The notes below the pieces were generated by a model. That model did not search any database. It was not told the origin of the DNA and saw only the letters and a program-made list of their open reading frames with translations. Shown piece by piece: positions 58,864-64,000 of a DNA stretch of 64,000 nt. A program made the position numbers and the translations under genes. The stretch's first letter is position 1, and the number at the start of each line of letters is the position of its first letter. The stretch comes from Candidatus Amesbacteria bacterium GW2011_GWB1_47_19 (lineage in GTDB: Bacteria > Patescibacteriota > Microgenomatia > CAZETR01 > Amesbacteraceae), in NCBI GenBank assembly GCA_001002325.1, contig LCNZ01000007.1, positions 91,410-155,409 of the forward strand. The letters are read 5' to 3'.

Positions 58864-59401
58864 TGTCAGGAAATGGGAGATACTACTGGCTGTAATAGGT
58901 GTAACTTTGGTGGGAGCGGGGGTATTTTGGTGGAAAGGCGGGGGAAATACCCAACCCGAGGTGGAGATAATTACCGAGTCGGAGACAACCGGGGTAACTG
59001 TAGACGTGTCAGGGGCGGTGGTGAAGCCCGGAGTTTACCAGCTTAACGCACAATCAAGAGTGGAAGAAGCTCTGACAGCTGCCGGCGGGTTAACTTCTGA
59101 GGCTGATTTGGTGTGGGTGGATAAGAATGTCAACAGGTCTGCCAAGCTGGTAGACGGGGCCAAGATATATATTCCACCGGCCGGAGAGCAGTCGGGACTT
59201 CAGATCCGGATGAGCCAGGAGCAGGTGAATTTGAACTCGGCTTCTCAATCGCAACTTGAGGAGTTGCCGGGGATAGGGCCGGTGACAGCGGAAAAAATTA
59301 TTTCCGGCCGGCCGTACATGAGACCGGAGGAGTTGATAGAGCGAAAAATACTGACTAGAAAGGTGTGGGACCAAATTCAGGATAAAATAAGTTTGTGGTG
59401 A
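58856..59401 (+). CDS. comEA: ComEA-like DNA-binding competence protein.
   Basis: N-terminal TM, an SLBB-like domain and a C-terminal helix-hairpin-helix (LEELPGIGPVTAEKII). Confidence 0.65.
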   Translation: MIDVRKWEILLAVIGVTLVGAGVFWWKGGGNTQPEVEIITESETTGVTVDVSGAVVKPGVYQLNAQSRVEEALTAAGGLTSEADLVWVDKNVNRSAKLVDGAKIYIPPAGEQSGLQIRMSQEQVNLNSASQSQLEELPGIGPVTAEKIISGRPYMRPEELIERKILTRKVWDQIQDKISLW

Positions 59402-60603
59402 AATGGCTGTTTTTAACGGGGTTGGTGATTCTGGCCGGGGTACGGGTGTTTATAGCAGACAGAGGCAGGTCTGTGGTAAAGGAAGGGGACAAAATAAGAA
59501 TCAGGTTTGTCCTGACGAGTGAGCCTTACTCCAGGTATGGAAAAAGTTATGTGAGGTACAAAACCGGTTTTGAATCGGGTGTGGAAATAGAAATACCGAA
59601 GAATGCGGAATATGCAGACAGAATTGTGGCTGAAGGCAGATTGGAAGGAGGGAAGCTGCGGGATGTAAAATCGGCAGTTGTCACAAGCACCGGGGGGTGG
59701 ATAAAAAGGGTATATGATCTGAGGATAAAATTATCCGGAAGGATCCAGTCCTGGTTGGGGGGAGATGAAGGGGCTTTGGCGGCGGGGATATTGATGGGGG
59801 GGAGCGGCAGCTTTACGGCTGAAGGCAAAGAAAATTTCAGAAAGACGGGATTACTACACGTGGTAGCGGCCTCCGGTTATAATGTAAGTGTAGTGGCCGG
59901 GTGGGCAATGGTGGCGGGTGCAGGCTGGCTGGGGAGGCGACGGGTGATTATATTTGTTATATTAAGTATTGTTTTGTATGTAATTATGGCAGGAGCAGGA
60001 GCTGCTGTGATCAGGGCGGGGATTATGGGTATTTTGACTTGGACAGGATTGGCTTACGGGCGAAAAAGTGATGCGGGGTGGATGCTGGTCCTGGCAGCAT
60101 TGGGAATGGTGATGGTAAAACCGGAGTGGTGGTGGGATGTCGGATTTCAATTGTCGGTGACAGCAACGGCCGGACTGGTGTGGCTGTATCCGGTATTTGA
60201 CCGACGCAGGATGATCAGAGCGCGATGGTTGGAATGGTTGGAAAAGGATATTAAGGTATCTATGGCTGCATATATAGCTACACTACCTCTGATACTGCAT
60301 CATTTTGGGAACGTGAGCGTCATAGCACCGGCTATTAATGCGCTGGTGTTGTGGGTGGTACCACCGGTGATGCAGTTAACTGCGCTGGCTGTGGCAATAG
60401 GGTTTTTTATACCCACTGCCGGACAGGTGATTTCCTGGTTGTGCTGGCCGCTGGTCAGATATATGACGGGAGTGGTTAACATGGCTGCCGGATGGGAATG
60501 GGCCGGTTGGGAAAGGGGCAGTCTGGATTGGTTATGGGTAGCGGGGTATTATCTGGTGCTGTTGTTAATGATCAGAATTGCCCGGCCGCTTAATCGGGAA
60601 TGA
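59395..60603 (+). CDS. comEC: ComEC/Rec2 competence channel, membrane part.
   Basis: Polytopic, with the LLHVVAASGYNVSVVAG competence-domain motif. Confidence 0.65.
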   Translation: MVKWLFLTGLVILAGVRVFIADRGRSVVKEGDKIRIRFVLTSEPYSRYGKSYVRYKTGFESGVEIEIPKNAEYADRIVAEGRLEGGKLRDVKSAVVTSTGGWIKRVYDLRIKLSGRIQSWLGGDEGALAAGILMGGSGSFTAEGKENFRKTGLLHVVAASGYNVSVVAGWAMVAGAGWLGRRRVIIFVILSIVLYVIMAGAGAAVIRAGIMGILTWTGLAYGRKSDAGWMLVLAALGMVMVKPEWWWDVGFQLSVTATAGLVWLYPVFDRRRMIRARWLEWLEKDIKVSMAAYIATLPLILHHFGNVSVIAPAINALVLWVVPPVMQLTALAVAIGFFIPTAGQVISWLCWPLVRYMTGVVNMAAGWEWAGWERGSLDWLWVAGYYLVLLLMIRIARPLNRE

Positions 60604-61445
60604 GCAGTCAAATTTTGAAGTTACTGATCTTGGCGGCTGTCACCGTGTGGACTGCGGTGGGGGTAATGCCGGACGGAAAACTTCATGTAGTGGTTTGCGA
60701 TGTGGGTCAGGGGGATGCCATTTTAATCATCCGGGGCACATCACAAATACTGGTAGACGGTGGTCCGGGGAGGGAAGTATTGGGGTGCCTGGCGGATCAT
60801 ATACCTTTTTATGACCGGAGATTGGAAGCGGTGGTGCTGACACATCCCCAGTCGGACCATTATGGCGGCCTATCTTATGTCTTTGAAAGTTATAGAGTGT
60901 TACTGTTTGTTAGTGGTCCGGAGGGGAGTAATTCGGGTGAATTTGAAAAATTGACTAAAATGATCAGGGATTCGGGAGCGAAACAGGCAAATTTATACGC
61001 GGGCGAGGAGATGAAAGTTGACGGGATAAATTTTACGGTAGTGTGGCCGACGCGGGAGTATATGGTTTTGGGGGCGGAAAGTGACGGGACAGATGTGAAT
61101 GCTTTCGCGATAACCGGAGTAGTGAAATACGGTGATTTTGACATGCTATTGACCGGGGATGCAGATAGCCAAGTGCAAGATGACCAGCTGAGGGGGGGGA
61201 GAATCGGGGACGTGGATGTACTGAAAGTGCCGCATCATGGGGGAAAAGCGGCAATGAACGGAAACTGGCTGGGACGGATAAGTCCGGAGCTGGCTGTGAT
61301 TTCGGTAGGTAAAAATAACAGTTATGGCCACCCCAGGCAGGAAACATTAAAATTGTTGACCGAAGCGGGAGTAAAAGTGATGAGAACAGATTCAGACGGA
61401 GATGTGGAAGTGGTCAGTGACGGCAAAAGGTGGTGGGTGAAATAG
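60600..61445 (+). CDS. ComEC C-terminal metallo-beta-lactamase domain, encoded as a separate ORF (4-bp overlap).
   Basis: VVCDVGQGDA..THPQSDHYGG..VPHHGG MBL motifs. Confidence 0.6.
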   Translation: MSSQILKLLILAAVTVWTAVGVMPDGKLHVVVCDVGQGDAILIIRGTSQILVDGGPGREVLGCLADHIPFYDRRLEAVVLTHPQSDHYGGLSYVFESYRVLLFVSGPEGSNSGEFEKLTKMIRDSGAKQANLYAGEEMKVDGINFTVVWPTREYMVLGAESDGTDVNAFAITGVVKYGDFDMLLTGDADSQVQDDQLRGGRIGDVDVLKVPHHGGKAAMNGNWLGRISPELAVISVGKNNSYGHPRQETLKLLTEAGVKVMRTDSDGDVEVVSDGKRWWVK

Positions 61446-61459
61446 TATAATTATTAAGT

Positions 61460-61954
61460 ATGCGTGTTTGGGCTAAGTGGGTGAGGGTGACAGGAATGAT
61501 ATTCGGAATCGGTTTTTGCGGTTTTCTTTTCAGTAAATATGTGTTTGATTTGCGGGGTTTGGTGGGATTGTTGGGGCGTGAATCCTGTTCCAGACGAGTG
61601 AACTTTGATTTGGATAAGAAATATCCGGTGACTGACATTTGGGATAAAGCCCGGATGGCTGGTTATAGTTTGGAAGAAGGTGATACAGAGCCGATGATGA
61701 GGAATTTGGCTACGTTGGGTGCGAGTATCGTGGTGGAGTTGTCCGGTAAAAGATATGATTTGGGTTTTTGGCATAAAGGCGGGATGACAGTCAGGGATGT
61801 GACAGGAGATGTTGAGGGGAAATATATCTGCTTCGTTCCGGAATGGATTATCAGATCTGACTTGAACGGGATATTCCGTAAAATGGGGGTGGGGTTGGAT
61901 ATGCGATTGGGGATTGAGGTCGAGCATTTTTATAAAATCCTGCCTTTACTTTAG
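61460..61954 (+). CDS. Hypothetical protein with an N-terminal TM segment.
   Basis: 164-aa ORF with no recognisable motif. Confidence 0.3.
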   Translation: MRVWAKWVRVTGMIFGIGFCGFLFSKYVFDLRGLVGLLGRESCSRRVNFDLDKKYPVTDIWDKARMAGYSLEEGDTEPMMRNLATLGASIVVELSGKRYDLGFWHKGGMTVRDVTGDVEGKYICFVPEWIIRSDLNGIFRKMGVGLDMRLGIEVEHFYKILPLL

Positions 61955-61957
61955 GGT

Positions 61958-63079
61958 ATGAGGATCGGGGTTGATGCCAGCAGGGCGTTTGTGCCTGACA
62001 GGACCGGGACGGAGGAGTATTCGTGGCAGATAATAAAGCATATTTTAGCTTTGCCGGAGGCGCGGAAGCATGAGTGGATACTTTATGTTAAACCAAATTT
62101 TCAATTTTCAATTTTCAATTTTCAATCAATTCCAAATGTTCAAATTTTGAAAATTCAAATCCCGTATTTGTGGACGCAGGTGGGGTTGGTATGGCGGACG
62201 TGGGTGGACAGGCTGGATGTGCTATGGATTCCGGCACATACCTTGCCCGTACTGCGAAAACCAGGGATAAAAACCATTGTTACCATCCACGGGATTGAGT
62301 ATGAATGGCTGCCGGCGTATGAAAATGCCCTACAGCGATGGTATTTACCGCTCAGTACTCAGTACGCAGTGCTCAGTGCTCATAAAATAATAGCCGTGAG
62401 TGAATTTACCAAGCGGCAGTTAGTGGAAAGGTTGGGGGCGGAGGAAAGGAAGATTGAGGTTGTTTACGAAGGAGTTGAGACAAATTTTCAATTTTCAATT
62501 ACCAATTTTCAATCAATTTTGAAAAAATTCAAATTACAAAGTAAAAAGTACCTGTTGTTTGTGGGGACGATACAGCCGAGGAAAAATTTGGAAAGACTTA
62601 TTGAGGCATTTTCAGTACTCAGTACTCAGTGCTCAGTGCTCAATCTCAAGTTAGCCATAGCTGGGAAGTGGGGGTGGAATTATGATGGCGTGAAGCAGGC
62701 TCCGGTTAAGTTTGGGGTGGAGGACCAGGTGGAGTTCACCGGCTTTGTGGATGAACAGGAGAAGAAAATACTTCTGCAGAATTGCCTGGTATATGTCCAG
62801 CCGAGTATTACTGAAGGGTTCGGATTGCCGGTGTTGGAGGCTTTTGCAGCCGGGGTACCCGTTGTGTCCTCGTCCGGCGGGGCTTTAGGAGAGATAACGG
62901 CTGACAGCGGGCAGCTGTTTGACCCCGAATCGGCGGTAGACATGGCAGAAAAATTGAAGGCAGTGGTAAGAAACGGAAAGCTCCGGCGGGAATTGGTCCG
63001 GAAGGGGAGGGAAAGAATCAAAAAGTTCAGTTGGTCAATGGCTGCAGAAAAAACCTTAAAGATTATCGATGGCTTATAG
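61958..63079 (+). CDS. GT4-family glycosyltransferase carrying four in-frame short-repeat insertions.
   Basis: GT4 core (IGVDA..LLFVGTIQPRKNLERLIEAF..EGFGLPVLEAFAAGVPVVSS). Repeats lie at 62095-62160 and 62483-62550 (caatttt type) and at 62351-62382 and 62610-62650 (ctcagtN type). Confidence 0.75.
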   Translation: MRIGVDASRAFVPDRTGTEEYSWQIIKHILALPEARKHEWILYVKPNFQFSIFNFQSIPNVQILKIQIPYLWTQVGLVWRTWVDRLDVLWIPAHTLPVLRKPGIKTIVTIHGIEYEWLPAYENALQRWYLPLSTQYAVLSAHKIIAVSEFTKRQLVERLGAEERKIEVVYEGVETNFQFSITNFQSILKKFKLQSKKYLLFVGTIQPRKNLERLIEAFSVLSTQCSVLNLKLAIAGKWGWNYDGVKQAPVKFGVEDQVEFTGFVDEQEKKILLQNCLVYVQPSITEGFGLPVLEAFAAGVPVVSSSGGALGEITADSGQLFDPESAVDMAEKLKAVVRNGKLRRELVRKGRERIKKFSWSMAAEKTLKIIDGL

Positions 63080-63278
63080 TCAGTTATTAGCATCCTGTAG
63101 TATATATCAATTATAATACCTAAATTTTGTGGTTTATCTGTGTATATCTGTATCATTTAGATTAGAATGTTTGTAGAAGGAATTGTGTACAAGACTTTTG
63201 ACATCAGATGATGGATGTTAAATATTAAGGGCCGATAGTTAATCATTGAAATTGTGCTTTTCAGGGTAGGTAACTATA

Positions 63279-64000
63279 ATGGGAAGGGATATGACCTTTG
63301 GAGGTAAAAAACGCGAAGCTGGGGGGGATGTAATGGGCCTTGCCATGGCAAATTTATGGGGGTGGAAGATATCTGGCGCTCCTATAGATAGAGTGATAAA
63401 TAATATTGTTTATGAATTAAGTAAAAAAGACTATGTAAAGCCATATTTTGTGGTTACAGCTTATTCAGAGACTTTTTTAGAAACAGAGAAGAATCCGGAG
63501 TTTAAGAAAGCCATAGCGGGAGCGGACCTGGTACTGGCTGACGGGGTAAGTTTGCGGGCGGCGATGGATTTTAACAGGCATCGAACAGGTGACCTAGCAG
63601 GTGATTTTTTCCGGGGACTTCAGGTAGGAAGAGATATTTTGTCGGGAAAGTACCGGGGAGGGACGACGGGAGTGGAGTTAATGCGGCAGCTGATAAAATT
63701 GTCCGGAAAAAAGAGGCTGAAGGTGTTTATGCTGGGTGGTTGGGGCGGAGTGGCCGGTAGACTGGTGAAGCGATTAACGATTAACGATTCTCGATTAACG
63801 ATTGACTGGGAAGGGGGGCCGGAGAAGATAGAGATGGAGAAAGAGATAGAGAACAGCAGAATTATGGATAGGATAAATAAGTTCAGACCGGATTTGTTGT
63901 TTGTGAGCTTCGGTAGATTCAAACAGGAGGTGTGGATTGCCAATAACCTGGTGAAGTTGAAGACGAAAGTGGTAATGGGGGTGGGAAGCAGCTTTGACGA
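63279..64000 (+). CDS. WecB/TagA/CpsF-family glycosyltransferase. The 3' end is truncated by the window, and the alternative start is 63333.
   Basis: C-terminal PDLLFVSFGRFKQEVWI..VMGVGSSFD motif. It contains a cgattaa heptamer repeat (RLTINDSRLTID). Confidence 0.55.
   Translation, partial: MGRDMTFGGKKREAGGDVMGLAMANLWGWKISGAPIDRVINNIVYELSKKDYVKPYFVVTAYSETFLETEKNPEFKKAIAGADLVLADGVSLRAAMDFNRHRTGDLAGDFFRGLQVGRDILSGKYRGGTTGVELMRQLIKLSGKKRLKVFMLGGWGGVAGRLVKRLTINDSRLTIDWEGGPEKIEMEKEIENSRIMDRINKFRPDLLFVSFGRFKQEVWIANNLVKLKTKVVMGVGSSFD
63771..63806 (+). repeat. cgattaa heptamer tandem repeat inside the WecB/TagA CDS.
   Basis: cgattaacgattaacgattctcgattaacgattgac. Confidence 0.7.

Overview
This 64-kb window has the hallmarks of a Candidate Phyla Radiation (Patescibacteria-like) bacterium; that assignment is an inference from the features below, not a database match.

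(1) rRNA and tRNA genes. The rRNA genes are broken up by five group I introns. One intron sits near the 3' end of the 16S rRNA gene. Four sit in the 23S rRNA gene, at positions matching E. coli ~1917, ~1931, ~2449 and ~2593. Each intron carries a free-standing LAGLIDADG homing-endonuclease ORF. Removing the introns leaves ~2.9 kb of 23S exon, as expected. The 16S gene is not linked to the 23S-5S unit: it ends in its own terminator and lies 5.7 kb upstream. tRNA-Ile(GAU) is on the opposite strand in between. tRNA-Ala(UGC) sits directly in front of the 23S gene. Two further tRNA-Ala genes (GGC and CGC) flank a thermonuclease gene.

(2) Peptidoglycan island. A long cell-wall cluster contains murF, alr, ddl, murB, murA, pgeF, murD, murC, mraY, murE and an M23/LysM peptidase. 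Interspersed in it are three type II toxin-antitoxin pairs (Phd/RelE, AbrB/PIN, DinJ/YafQ), an orphan AbrB-like gene, a NUDIX hydrolase, a radical SAM/SPASM protein, a large MNT-like nucleotidyltransferase and an unassigned PP-loop ATPase.

(3) Other genes. Also present are a cdaA-cdaR fusion (diadenylate cyclase), a MacA/MacB-type ABC efflux set, pyrG, rpsA, radA, rho, leuS and comEA/comEC. A sortase sits next to a secreted cysteine-rich substrate ending in NPKTG. A mevalonate-diphosphate decarboxylase sits next to an isopentenyl phosphate kinase.

(4) Repeats. The most unusual content is repetitive DNA inside conserved genes. A nested-palindrome repeat (~55 bp) occurs five times. Two copies are in frame inside the PP-loop gene and a third supplies its stop codon. 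A RAYT/IS200-like HUH transposase gene lies 12 kb away. Separately, AT-rich 'caatttt'-type tandem modules are inserted in frame in a SpoU methyltransferase, murD, murE and twice in a GT4 glycosyltransferase, with a looser AT-rich relative in pyrG. In the four plus-strand caatttt copies they read the same peptide frame (NFQFSI..NFQS). Other short-period in-frame tandem repeats include a 7-mer 'ctcagtN' twice in the GT4 gene, 'cgattaa' in a WecB/TagA gene, 'cagatcN' in SpoU, and a 6-mer 'agtYYa' in macA and ddl.
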